NCBI GenBank assembly: GCA_036517395.1
Contig: DATDWN010000010.1
Location: 33,922 to 97,921, forward strand
Direction: 5' to 3'
Length of the DNA stretch: 64,000 nucleotides
Source: Minisyncoccota bacterium
Lineage (GTDB): Bacteria > Patescibacteriota > Minisyncoccia > Phycocordibacterales > DATDWN01
Under the pieces are notes generated by a model. The model did no database searches and was not told where the DNA came from. It saw nothing but the letters and a program-made list of their open reading frames with translations. Shown here one piece after another: positions 1-9,109 of this stretch. The translations under genes were made by a program, and so were the position numbers. How positions within the stretch are numbered: position 1 is the stretch's first letter; every line of letters starts with the position of its first letter.

Positions 1-52
1 AGGACTCGATAGACCTACAAATAGGCTGAATTTTGTGTTAGGATGTGGAAAT

Positions 53-400
53 ATGAGAGATATAAAAGCTTTAACAAAAAGGATAATAGATTTTCGCAAT
101 GCTCGAGACTGGAAGCAATTTCATAACCCAAAGGATTTGGCCTTGTCGCTTGTACTTGAAGCTACTGAGGTCATGGAACATTTTCAATGGAAAAGTAAGG
201 AGGAGATGGAAAAATACATAATAACGAATAAATCTGATATCGGAGAGGAATTAGCTGATGTTTTGTACTGGGTTCTTTTAATGAGTAACGATCTAAAAAT
301 AGATGTGTTAGAGGCGCTAGAGAAAAAAATTAAAATAAATGAAGACAAATATCCTGTAGCCAAAGCAAAGGGCAAGCACACGAAATACAACAAACTATAA
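53..400 (+). CDS. MazG-like nucleotide pyrophosphohydrolase (dCTPase-type)
   Basis: RDWKQFHNPKDLALSLVLEATE...EELADV motifs; ATG at 53 preferred over GTG at 35. Confidence 0.9.
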   Translation: MRDIKALTKRIIDFRNARDWKQFHNPKDLALSLVLEATEVMEHFQWKSKEEMEKYIITNKSDIGEELADVLYWVLLMSNDLKIDVLEALEKKIKINEDKYPVAKAKGKHTKYNKL

Positions 401-403
401 ATT

Positions 404-2716
404 ATGATAGTCTATCAATCAACAAAAGAAGTCTTTTTGAAAGATGTTTCTGGTGGATGTATTGAGGATATTATTCGTGAATCTGTAAAGCAAAAACTAA
501 ATAAAAATGTCGGAAACAATGAGTACATTTCGTGGAAAAATTCGCTTGGATCGATGTATCATGTTATCGATAATGAGCTTATTCCGAAAGATTCTGGGAT
601 AGCTATTGAGTATTCAATACCAAGAACAAAAAATAGAATAGACTTTATCATAACTGGCCAGGATGATAATAATAATGACAAGGTAATTATCATTGAGTTA
701 AAACAATGGACCGATATTCAACTTACTGAAAAAGATGCTGTGGTTCTAACTCGCTTCCAGCAAGGACTCAGTGAGGAACTTCATCCATCATATCAAGCGT
801 GGTCTTACTCGTCTCTATTGTTGGGGTTTAATGCGACAGTTTACAATGAAAATATTGGATTAGAGCCATGTGCCTACCTACACAATTATATTAGTGATGA
901 TGTGCTGAAAAATTCTTTTTACGATGACTATTTAAAAAAAGCACCAGTTTTTTGTAAAGGAGAAAAAAAGAAACTTCAGGATTTTATTACAAAGTTTATA
1001 AAACATGGAGACAAGACTAATATAATGTATCGCATTGATAATGGTGAAATCCGTCCATCTAAAAACCTCGCAGATAGTATGGCCTTGATGATTAAGGGTA
1101 ATCAGGAGTTTATAATGATAGATGACCAAAAAATTGTGTATGAAACTGCACTATCTTTTGCAAGAAAATCTAGCAGTTACAATAAAAATGTTTTAATCGT
1201 GGAAGGAGGCCCTGGTACTGGTAAGTCTGTTGTGGCTGTTAATTTGATTGTTGCTATAACCAAACTTGGTTTAAATACTCAATATGTAACTAAAAATGCA
1301 GCTCCTCGTGCCGTATTCGAAAGTAAACTAACAGGAACACTAAAAAAAACACAAATCTCAAATATGTTCACGGGCTCTGGTTCTTATATAGATTGTGAAC
1401 AAAATGTTTTTGATTGTCTTATTGTGGATGAGGCTCACAGACTCAACGAAAAGTCTGGTATGTTTAAAAATCTTGGTGAAAATCAAATAAAAGAAATAAT
1501 AGAGGCTTCAAAATCTTCAGTATTTTTTATTGATGAAGATCAGAAGGTGACATGGCATGACATTGGGAAAAAAGACGAAATTGAAAAATGGGCGAATAAA
1601 ATTGGCGCAAAAGTCCAAAATCTTAAACTCGAATCACAGTTTCGTTGCAATGGTTCTGACGGGTATTTGTCCTGGCTTGATAACATTCTTGGTGTAGAAG
1701 ATACTGCTAACAGTACATTAGATGGCATAGAATATGATTTTAAAGTCGTTGATTCTCCGAATGAATTGAGAGATTTAATTTTTGAAAAAAATAAGATAAA
1801 CAATAAAGCCCGACTTGTCGCGGGGTATTGTTGGGATTGGGTTAGTAAAAAGGACAAGAGTTTAAGTGACATTCTTATTCCAGAATATGATTTTGGCATG
1901 AAATGGAATCTCGCTAGTGATGGAAATATTTGGATTATCTCACCGAAATCTGTAAATGAAGTTGGGTGTATTCATACATGCCAAGGTCTTGAAGTTGATT
2001 ATGTGGGGGTGATAGTTGGAGATGATTTTATTGTGCGAAATGAAAAGGTGATTACTAACCCAAATAACCGTGCAAAGACCGACGCTTCATTGAAAGGATA
2101 TCGAAAAGAATTAAAAGAAAATCCAGAAGCTGCAATTAAGAAAGCTAATGCAATTATCAAAAATACTTATCGCACTCTTATGACGAGAGGCATGAAAGGA
2201 TGTTATGTATATTTTACGGACAAAGAAACAGAAAAATATTTTAAGAACAGAATCAAAACAACACTTTCTACTGATAAATATGTGACGAAAAAAATTGTGT
2301 CGCCATTTGTCTCAGATTTTGAAATGATTAGCTTACCAATGTTTGAATCTGTCGGATGTGGAGAATTGTTATACGCAGATCCAACCGTTCAAGAAATGAT
2401 CTTAGTAAGAAAAGATTACATGTCAGGAGGTTCAAAGTATTTTGTTTTAAAAACTTCTGGTGATTCTATGAATAAAGCTGGTATAAACGATGGAGATTTA
2501 GTTTTATGTAGAAAAGATTATCATCCAGATGAAGGTAACAAAGTAGTAGCCCTCATAGGAGAAGATGCTACGATAAAGGAGTATCACAGAGAAAATGGTT
2601 ATGTTGTTTTAAAACCATGTTCGACTAACCCAACTCACAAACCATTGAAGTTTACAAACAATGAAGAAATGAATGTACAAGGTGTGGTAATTAGGGTTAT
2701 AGAAGAAAACGAGTGA
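404..2716 (+). CDS. DUF2075 (Schlafen group 3-like) nuclease-helicase with C-terminal S24 (LexA/UmuD) peptidase domain
   Basis: N-terminal IDF...IELKQW nuclease-like motif, Walker A GGPGTGKS, VDEAHRL, QGLEVDY, LMTRG; C-terminal VGCG, SGDSM, ATIK. Confidence 0.88.
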   Translation: MIVYQSTKEVFLKDVSGGCIEDIIRESVKQKLNKNVGNNEYISWKNSLGSMYHVIDNELIPKDSGIAIEYSIPRTKNRIDFIITGQDDNNNDKVIIIELKQWTDIQLTEKDAVVLTRFQQGLSEELHPSYQAWSYSSLLLGFNATVYNENIGLEPCAYLHNYISDDVLKNSFYDDYLKKAPVFCKGEKKKLQDFITKFIKHGDKTNIMYRIDNGEIRPSKNLADSMALMIKGNQEFIMIDDQKIVYETALSFARKSSSYNKNVLIVEGGPGTGKSVVAVNLIVAITKLGLNTQYVTKNAAPRAVFESKLTGTLKKTQISNMFTGSGSYIDCEQNVFDCLIVDEAHRLNEKSGMFKNLGENQIKEIIEASKSSVFFIDEDQKVTWHDIGKKDEIEKWANKIGAKVQNLKLESQFRCNGSDGYLSWLDNILGVEDTANSTLDGIEYDFKVVDSPNELRDLIFEKNKINNKARLVAGYCWDWVSKKDKSLSDILIPEYDFGMKWNLASDGNIWIISPKSVNEVGCIHTCQGLEVDYVGVIVGDDFIVRNEKVITNPNNRAKTDASLKGYRKELKENPEAAIKKANAIIKNTYRTLMTRGMKGCYVYFTDKETEKYFKNRIKTTLSTDKYVTKKIVSPFVSDFEMISLPMFESVGCGELLYADPTVQEMILVRKDYMSGGSKYFVLKTSGDSMNKAGINDGDLVLCRKDYHPDEGNKVVALIGEDATIKEYHRENGYVVLKPCSTNPTHKPLKFTNNEEMNVQGVVIRVIEENE

Positions 2717-2768
2717 TTTTTTAAAAGAAAACAAAAGAAACTTTGCAACACGAAAAAGAATAAAATTT

Positions 2769-3299
2769 ATGGATTTACCATCAATAAAATTTAGATATTA
2801 TGAAAAACTTAAATTGTGGCATGATTATTTGTCACCGAATAGTATTTTTGAGACCAAAAAAATTGAATATTGGAAGCATGAAAAGATAATACTTTTGTGG
2901 GCATACTCAGGTGAACACCAGCATCTCTATTCGTATTTTGATAGTAATAGGATTCGTGAAATATATGGCATTGGCAAGAACAATCCAGAAATCTCGATTG
3001 ATAAAGAATTGGTTGAAGATTTTAAGAAGGATTACAATGATAGAGTGTACTACTTAACAGGAAATCTAGTTATAAAAGGTTTTGCTGAGACAATCATTGA
3101 AAATCCTGGCGGATATCCAGAAAAAATTAGAATAACCCCAAAGGGCTTATTGCTTGGCGAAATTATTTCAGAATCAAAATCTAACAATTTTTTAAAAAAG
3201 AATTCTATGCAATACAGAATAGGGTACTACCTTCTGGTAGGTATCATAATTTTCTCTATACTACTAATCGTCATGACTGTTTTTAATCAAGTTGTCTAA
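2769..3299 (+). CDS. hypothetical protein with C-terminal TM helix
   Basis: 176 aa ORF, hydrophobic C-terminus. Confidence 0.65.
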   Translation: MDLPSIKFRYYEKLKLWHDYLSPNSIFETKKIEYWKHEKIILLWAYSGEHQHLYSYFDSNRIREIYGIGKNNPEISIDKELVEDFKKDYNDRVYYLTGNLVIKGFAETIIENPGGYPEKIRITPKGLLLGEIISESKSNNFLKKNSMQYRIGYYLLVGIIIFSILLIVMTVFNQVV

Positions 3300-3313
3300 T
3301 TTATAGAAAAAAT

Positions 3314-3907
3314 ATGGAAATTATGCATATTGTATTCAATTTCGTTAAAAAATATTGGGTTGTGATTGTAGGGATGGTTGTGATTATGGCTGTGACGGGT
3401 GGGATAGAAGCATGGTCGGGGCGAGCGCTTCTTGGTCCTGATGGTCTGTTTGGCTGGTGGGATGGGAATATTTGGGGTAGTGAAAACTCTCAGCGCGTAG
3501 CGGACGCGTATTCTTTTTCGCATATTATTCACGGGATGATTTTCTACTGGTTCCTGTGGCTAGTGGCGAGAAAGGTTCCGGTGAAATACAGGTTTATAAT
3601 GGCTCTGGTTTTAGAGGCGGCATGGGAGCTTTTGGAAAATTCTCCTATCATCATCGACCGCTATCGTGCGGCGACAATCGCTCAAGGTTATGTTGGCGAC
3701 AGCGTGCTGAACTCTGTTTCGGATGTTCTCATGGCTGGGATAGGATTTGTTATCGCAAGGTATTCTCGCGTTTGGGCGACGGTGGTGCTGATTGTCATGA
3801 TGGAACTCGGATGTCTTTTCTGGATTCGGGACAATCTGACACTAAATGTAGTTATGCTAGTTTACCCCATAGAATCTCTCAAAGTCTGGCAATCCGAAGG
3901 GTATTAA
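3314..3907 (+). CDS. DUF2585 (UPF0314) membrane protein
   Basis: SENSQRVADAYSFSHIIHG, WELLENSP, GDSVLNS, IRDNLTLN. Confidence 0.9.
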   Translation: MEIMHIVFNFVKKYWVVIVGMVVIMAVTGGIEAWSGRALLGPDGLFGWWDGNIWGSENSQRVADAYSFSHIIHGMIFYWFLWLVARKVPVKYRFIMALVLEAAWELLENSPIIIDRYRAATIAQGYVGDSVLNSVSDVLMAGIGFVIARYSRVWATVVLIVMMELGCLFWIRDNLTLNVVMLVYPIESLKVWQSEGY

Positions 3908-3939
3908 AATCCATAAGTTAATTAGATAATTATAAAATA

Positions 3940-3987
3940 AAACAATGACATTCCTACATTCTCAAGAATGTCGGAATGTCATTGTTT
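3940..3987. repeat. palindrome CATTCCTACATTCT-AGAATGTCGGAATG, copy 1
   Basis: aaacaatgacattcctacattctcaagaatgtcggaatgtcattgttt; second copy at 4279. Confidence 0.85.
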
Positions 3988-4022
3988 GTAATGTAGTTTA
4001 AAGTTTGTGTTATTATAAAAGT

Positions 4023-4298
4023 ATGAAAACCGCCAAGCAGTGCGAGAGATATTTCAAAGGGGCGGCTAATCATTGTCGGATAGATATTTTAGTTTTGGTT
4101 TCTAAAAACCCCGATATGACTGTGGAGGGTATCGCTGACACTTTGGGTAAAAATATTAAAACTGTTTCCGAACATACCAGACGACTGGTCCATGCGGGTC
4201 TTCTGAATAAAAAATATCAAGGAAGACATGTTATACACTCCCTTTCGCCATATGGAAAAAGATTTGTTCCGTTTATAAAATCATTCCTACATTCTTGA
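4023..4298 (+). CDS. ArsR-type winged-helix transcriptional regulator
   Basis: ANHCRIDIL...TVSEHTRRLVHAGLL...GRHVIHSL. Confidence 0.85.
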   Translation: MKTAKQCERYFKGAANHCRIDILVLVSKNPDMTVEGIADTLGKNIKTVSEHTRRLVHAGLLNKKYQGRHVIHSLSPYGKRFVPFIKSFLHS

Positions 4299-4314
4299 GA
4301 ATGTCGGAATGATT
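4279..4314. repeat. palindrome CATTCCTACATTCT-AGAATGTCGGAATG, copy 2
   Basis: aatcattcctacattcttgagaatgtcggaatgatt; contains the stop codon of the ArsR-type gene. Confidence 0.85.
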
Positions 4315-4344
4315 ATTATAATCTAAAAAATTAATCCAAAACCG

Positions 4345-4851
4345 ATGAAAGCAAAACTAGATCAACAACAAAACAACAACTCATCTCTTCAGCCAATTTT
4401 GTTTACTAGAGAGCAATACAAGGAACTGTTTCGAGCCATTAGCATATACGCTTTGATAAAACAGTCCTCAGCCATGCCCTATCTAGATCCGACTGGTTTA
4501 GGTGACTATATTATGCAACAGGGAGAAAAATTTGGTTTTGGCAAAGTGAAAGAAAATGAAGCCGATTGGTTTGATGAAGTGGAGGAGGAAGTTTTTGAGA
4601 ACATTTTCAATTACGCCCAAGGAGAGATGTTTCATCATTTAGCTCATATGCTCGCGGACAGAGATATCAGCATGGAGATTGAAGATGGAACTGGACTTTC
4701 AGAAGATGAATTGCCGTCCAGTATGTTTATGGATGCTGTGGCCAAGAGGGTGGATATGTATCTAAAAGAATTTGAAAAAAACGGAATTGATAATATAAAG
4801 GTCTTATGTAAGGATGCTGATAAATCTAGTCTAAATATTCGGCCCAAATAA
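4345..4851 (+). CDS. hypothetical acidic protein
   Basis: 168 aa ORF, no recognised motif. Confidence 0.7.
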   Translation: MKAKLDQQQNNNSSLQPILFTREQYKELFRAISIYALIKQSSAMPYLDPTGLGDYIMQQGEKFGFGKVKENEADWFDEVEEEVFENIFNYAQGEMFHHLAHMLADRDISMEIEDGTGLSEDELPSSMFMDAVAKRVDMYLKEFEKNGIDNIKVLCKDADKSSLNIRPK

Positions 4852-4910
4852 AATTTTAGATAATTTTAGATAATTGGATAAATAAGGCTGTGGTGGTAAA
4901 GTTATAGGAT

Positions 4911-5465
4911 ATGGGAATAGAAGAAAGATACATTAATCATTTGGATGCTGGGTCGGGCGGGGATATGGGGCTTGAGGGGCAGGGTTTTCCAGCTGAGGAA
5001 GTGGTTGTTAATTTTTTCAATGCCAGTGGTTTTGATGCGCGTTTTTCCACAGCAACTGAGGATGAGGGGACAACTGATATTGGACCGAAACAGATAATAG
5101 ATGCGGTGGTTTATTATGATGGCAAACCAGCCATGGCTCCGCAAATTACTACTAGCACTATTAAAAGTTTCAGAGAGAAAAAATTAGACGAACTGCGTCA
5201 GAGACCATTTCTGCGTTTGGACGAAATGGGTCCGAGTGACCCGGCAATCCCAAAAGTTCTTATTTATTTGAAGGCGAAAGATGTCAAAGCTTTTGGAGAG
5301 GATCCTGATTTTAGCCGCCATCCAGAAATCGCGCTTCAGATTCTTAACAGTAGTATTATCAGTTTGAATTTTGATTTGAGTAAAACCGAAAACCCGCTGG
5401 AGCAAAAAGCTATCACGGAATTGGTAGGAATGCTTGAGACTGAGAAAAAGAAGTACATTCACTAG
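4911..5465 (+). CDS. hypothetical protein (possible degenerate PD-(D/E)xK fold)
   Basis: 184 aa ORF; E...IDAVVY...QIT spacing weakly nuclease-like. Confidence 0.65.
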   Translation: MGIEERYINHLDAGSGGDMGLEGQGFPAEEVVVNFFNASGFDARFSTATEDEGTTDIGPKQIIDAVVYYDGKPAMAPQITTSTIKSFREKKLDELRQRPFLRLDEMGPSDPAIPKVLIYLKAKDVKAFGEDPDFSRHPEIALQILNSSIISLNFDLSKTENPLEQKAITELVGMLETEKKKYIH

Positions 5466-5566
5466 CAGTTTTCAAATTTCAAAACAGTTTTCATTTTTTA
5501 TCGTATATGCTATTCTACGGGCAGATGTTCTAGCCCCAACTAACCAAAGTCAGCCCACCGAAGGAG

Positions 5567-5833
5567 GTGATTGCCGTGGGTGGACATGTGCGCGGTGAAC
5601 TCGCTGAGACTGCAGCCGCTCTATTGCGACTAAGTCTCACTGACTCGACAGTGGTGATCAAGGCGTTCATTGAGGATGGGTACTTCCACCTCGAGGAACT
5701 CCAGGGTCGCGCGACCTGCAACCCCCTGCAGGTGAACAGTCTGGCGCAACGAATCGATAGGGCTGAAAGTCTTCTCGTGACCAAGGCCAAACAGAAAGCG
5801 GGGTTGCTCGCTCGGCGGGAGGTGAGTCGATGA
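5567..5833 (+). CDS. hypothetical protein, GC-rich
   Basis: AAGGAGGT SD upstream; start may be GTG at 5576. Confidence 0.5.
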   Translation: MIAVGGHVRGELAETAAALLRLSLTDSTVVIKAFIEDGYFHLEELQGRATCNPLQVNSLAQRIDRAESLLVTKAKQKAGLLARREVSR

Positions 5834-5941
5834 GGTGTCGTTGGGGAGAGTGCTCGTGTTTGCGTGGCCTAGGTCACAAAAGCACGAGCACTTTTCCATT
5901 TATAGTGACAACATGTCTAATTGTATAAGTCAATATTTCAT

Positions 5942-5970
5942 TTGACATAAACAATAGAGTGTGATAGAAT
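5942..5970 (+). promoter_or_regulatory. sigma70 promoter
   Basis: TTGACA-17-TAGAAT with TG extension. Confidence 0.75.
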
Positions 5971-6041
5971 ATTCAACAGATTGCGAAATACGGCTCATTT
6001 CATGGAGAAATGGGGTATTTCGCGAGTTTTTAGGAGAAGGT

Positions 6042-6938
6042 ATGAAAACACTCCGGTTCGTCGTAGTTTTTCTGATCGCGATTCTCATCTCGGTTTCGTC
6101 GACGTTCGCGCAGTCGGTTCCGACGGCGCCCACGGGGACGTCGCAGCCGGGCATCATTTCGCCAGTTGCGATGGACATCATCTCGATCAAGCCGACGGGG
6201 ATTCAGGGACGTGTCCAGGATTACTGGGGCAACCCGATTCCCGGCGCGTCCCTCGTCGTGTCGATCGTGCGACCCGATGGACAGAGTGGACAGCCATTCG
6301 CCGACCATGCGACCGCCAAGAAATTCGGGCCGTGCGAGTCGGGCAAGACGACGGACTGCGTTCGGAAAGATGGGAACTACAGCATCCCGAACTCGTCTCT
6401 CCCACAGTCGGACAACAAGTACGACGCGTGGCGGACTATCGACCTACGTGGCGAGGCCAAGGGTTTTGTCCATCACCTGGCTAACCCTGTTCAGATCAGT
6501 CTGGACGGGACCTCAAACCAGCAGGTGCAGGCGGTCCAGATGTACGAGAGTGGCTTCGCGACCAGTCAGGCCTATGCCTGGCGGGTGAACGACCGCGTGA
6601 CGGCCGTCGGGTTCTGGATGCGCCAGAACTGGACGGAGACCGTCTCCGTCAACTTCACCTTCAGGGGCTCGGCATGGACAGCGGTTCAAGCCGAGTATGG
6701 TATGACTCCGGTCTATGCCGAGGTTGGTCAAGGACCCCAAGGCAATGGTGTCTGGGTGGAGAGATGGTTCTGGACGCCTCAGAGCCCGACAGCACAGTTC
6801 GGCGGATCGTTCTGCGGGACGATCCAGATCAGCTCGGCCTACGAGGTCGAGCAGGTCAAAGCAGACCTGAAGGAGGTCTGCGTCAAGCTACCCAACGTCG
6901 CCGTAACAGGCGGTGGGGGTGGTGGAGGCAAGGGGTAA
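6042..6938 (+). CDS. secreted protein with carboxypeptidase-regulatory-like beta-sandwich domain, GC-rich
   Basis: signal peptide MKTLRFVVVFL...STFA; IQGRVQDYWGNPIPGASL; Gly-rich tail; AGGAG SD. Confidence 0.75.
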   Translation: MKTLRFVVVFLIAILISVSSTFAQSVPTAPTGTSQPGIISPVAMDIISIKPTGIQGRVQDYWGNPIPGASLVVSIVRPDGQSGQPFADHATAKKFGPCESGKTTDCVRKDGNYSIPNSSLPQSDNKYDAWRTIDLRGEAKGFVHHLANPVQISLDGTSNQQVQAVQMYESGFATSQAYAWRVNDRVTAVGFWMRQNWTETVSVNFTFRGSAWTAVQAEYGMTPVYAEVGQGPQGNGVWVERWFWTPQSPTAQFGGSFCGTIQISSAYEVEQVKADLKEVCVKLPNVAVTGGGGGGGKG

Positions 6939-6963
6939 AGTAAATCCCGTGCCATGCTCATTC

Positions 6964-6993
6964 AAAGGCCGGTCCATCGCGGATCGGCCTTTT
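6964..6993 (+). terminator. intrinsic terminator
   Basis: aaaggccggtcc-atcgc-ggatcggcctttt. Confidence 0.7.
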
Positions 6994-7003
6994 GTCATGC
7001 ATG

Positions 7004-7136
7004 TCCGCACACCAACTCTGGCATTGTGTCTTCCGTTGCTAATGTTGATAATTTAAGCGACAAATGTCAGTTGGTCATTGTTTGATTACACTATAATTTT
7101 GACACAGATGCAACGATGCCAGAGTTGGTGTGCGGA
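7004..7136 (+). repeat. TCCGCACAC-bounded structured element, copy 1
   Basis: terminal IR tccgcacaccaactctggcat/atgccagagttggtgtgcgga; inner tgtgtc/gacaca and gttgc/gcaac. Confidence 0.9.
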
Positions 7137-7141
7137 TAAAG

Positions 7142-7188
7142 TTATCCACAGTTTCTTTATTGACAGGTGAACCAGCGTTCACTAAACT
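7142..7188 (+). promoter_or_regulatory. DnaA box, sigma70 promoter and LexA (SOS) box
   Basis: TTATCCACA 7142-7150; TTGACA(7160)-17-TAAACT; GTGAAC-CAGC-GTTCAC within the spacer, upstream of the lexA operon. Confidence 0.8.
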
Positions 7189-7218
7189 GTATTTATATAA
7201 AAACTAACACAAAATAAA

Positions 7219-7419
7219 ATGTCCAAAAACAATTTAGAAAAAACATTGAGGAAGGAGTTAGAAGTTTTGAACGATGTGATAGATAGGAGAATATTGCGAG
7301 GCTTGTCATACAGTCGGGAGGCAAAGAGGCACAAGTTTGTTCTCTCTAACTTGTCGAGGATTAGACGAGAGTCGAGTGTTGGTAGTGGTTGGCTGTCGAG
7401 ATCGTTTTCAATAATTTAG
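7219..7419 (+). CDS. small basic hypothetical protein upstream of lexA
   Basis: 66 aa ORF directly downstream of promoter. Confidence 0.7.
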   Translation: MSKNNLEKTLRKELEVLNDVIDRRILRGLSYSREAKRHKFVLSNLSRIRRESSVGSGWLSRSFSII

Positions 7420-7441
7420 ATTTGAAAAATTTCATAAAAAC

Positions 7442-8026
7442 ATGTCAGAAGAAAAATACATAGTACAGAAAAATAAAATCACCTCTTTCTACCAGAAGCA
7501 TCGGCGCATGCCTGGGTATAAAGAAATCATGGATATGGTTGGGTTCAAATCGAAGAACGCCGTTTACAAACTTATAAACAAGCTGGTGGAGGATGAAGTG
7601 GTGGACAAAGATTCCAAAGGCAGACTTACTCCGATAAAAATATTTGGAGCGATACCGCTTCTCGGTCTTGTCGAGGCTGGGTTTCCGACAAGCGTGGATG
7701 AAGATAGATCGGAATCACTGAGCATAGACGAGTATCTGGTTGGTGGGAGCAAACAAGGCTCAACATATTTGCTGGAGGTAAAGGGGGATTCGATGATAGA
7801 TGAAGGGATAAGAGAAGGTGATCTGGTTCTGGCCGAGAGGCGAGGCGATCCGAAAGACGGCGATATAGTTATAGCCGAGGTTGATGGTGGTTGGACTATG
7901 AAATATTTCAAAAAAAAGGGCGATTTGATTTACCTAAAACCGGCGAATAAAAATTACTCACCTATATATCCGCAGTATGACCTAAAAGTTGCGGCGATTG
8001 TTAAGGGGGTGATAAGGAAATATTGA
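7442..8026 (+). CDS. lexA: LexA-family repressor
   Basis: N-terminal wHTH, cleavage site VEAGFP, GDSM serine, WTMK lysine. Confidence 0.9.
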   Translation: MSEEKYIVQKNKITSFYQKHRRMPGYKEIMDMVGFKSKNAVYKLINKLVEDEVVDKDSKGRLTPIKIFGAIPLLGLVEAGFPTSVDEDRSESLSIDEYLVGGSKQGSTYLLEVKGDSMIDEGIREGDLVLAERRGDPKDGDIVIAEVDGGWTMKYFKKKGDLIYLKPANKNYSPIYPQYDLKVAAIVKGVIRKY

Positions 8027-8433
8027 TGATAGATAATGAGAGCAAGGAATACGATGTATGGAACAGATTGAAGAAAAAGATTCAATCTGGTTCAGATATA
8101 CCCAATTTTTTTCCACAGGAGGGTGAAGTATGGATGTCTTCACTTGGTAAAAACATTGGATTTGAACAAAATGGAAGTGGGGCTAACTTTTCCAGGCCGA
8201 TATTAGTAGTTAAAAAGTTTAATAACCACATGTTTTGGTGTACTTCACTTTCAACTAAACAAAAAAAGTTTGATTTCTACTACAATTTTACAGATCCGAA
8301 TAGAGAAAAAGTTTCTGTTATCCTTGCTCAGTTAAAGTTGGTTAGTGTCAAAAGATTAAAAAGAAAGTTATATGATATTTCATCAGGTAATTTTACAGAA
8401 ATAAAATGCAAATTAAGAGGATTTTTGGAGTAA
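8023..8433 (+). CDS. PemK/MazF-family endoribonuclease toxin
   Basis: GEVWMSSLGKNIGFEQNG...RPILVVK, LSTK, LAQLKLVSVKRL. Confidence 0.88.
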   Translation: MMIDNESKEYDVWNRLKKKIQSGSDIPNFFPQEGEVWMSSLGKNIGFEQNGSGANFSRPILVVKKFNNHMFWCTSLSTKQKKFDFYYNFTDPNREKVSVILAQLKLVSVKRLKRKLYDISSGNFTEIKCKLRGFLE

Positions 8434-8484
8434 TCGAAATCCCACATCTCTGCGGGATTTCTCGGAGCCTTTCGGCACTTTGTA
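8434..8484 (-). ncRNA. candidate small RNA convergent with pemK-like gene
   Basis: minus-strand TTGACA(8517-8512)-16-TATACT, then gcc-GAAA-ggc and gaaatcccgc/gtgggatttc hairpins. Confidence 0.5.
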
Positions 8485-8542
8485 ACAAAAGTATATATGA
8501 ATGAATATAAATGTCAAGTATAAAATGTGGTAATATAAAAAT

Positions 8543-9109
8543 ATGGATCAATTTTTAATTGAAGCTAGAAGGCTGATGTATAGTGAAGTTGAGAAAACTG
8601 GAATTCCAGCAAAAGCACAGGTTGATTTAGCTGTGGAAAAAGGTATCGAGTTGGCCAAGAGACTCAATGTGAATGTGGATATTATTGAAGCAAGTACACT
8701 ACTCATGGATTGCATGGTTGGGCAGGCTGTAAAGGCTAAACGACTGAATGATCACGTCAGCATGTCACTTGAAAAAGCGAAGGAATTATTGAATCAATCT
8801 TCTTTATCAATAAAAGAAAAAGATAATATATATCATTGCATATTGGAGCATCATGGTGTTGAGAAATTTTATTCTCTTGAATCTGAAATTTGTTGCAATG
8901 CAGATTGTTATAAATTTGCTTCGATGAGAGGTTTTGTTATAGCTTTAAGATATACAAGAGACATGCCGCTAAAGGATTTGGTCGCATTACTCACACAAAA
9001 AGTAGAGGAAAAATGGAGTATTGTCAGTCTTCAGTCGGTCAAAGACGATTTAAAAGATCAATACCAAATGGTTACTAAAATACTTCATAACTTATCATTA
9101 GAAATATGA
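8543..9109 (+). CDS. HD-domain-like protein (degenerate)
   Basis: LLMD in place of LLHD, CILEHHG, ESEICCNAD. Confidence 0.7.
   Translation: MDQFLIEARRLMYSEVEKTGIPAKAQVDLAVEKGIELAKRLNVNVDIIEASTLLMDCMVGQAVKAKRLNDHVSMSLEKAKELLNQSSLSIKEKDNIYHCILEHHGVEKFYSLESEICCNADCYKFASMRGFVIALRYTRDMPLKDLVALLTQKVEEKWSIVSLQSVKDDLKDQYQMVTKILHNLSLEI

Noticed and set aside
5981-6943. Several long overlapping alternative ORFs in the GC-rich gene (likewise at 21523-23133 and 33261-34125)
   Set aside because: Expected shadows of stop-poor GC-rich DNA; the chosen frames have SD sites and signal peptides or TM segments
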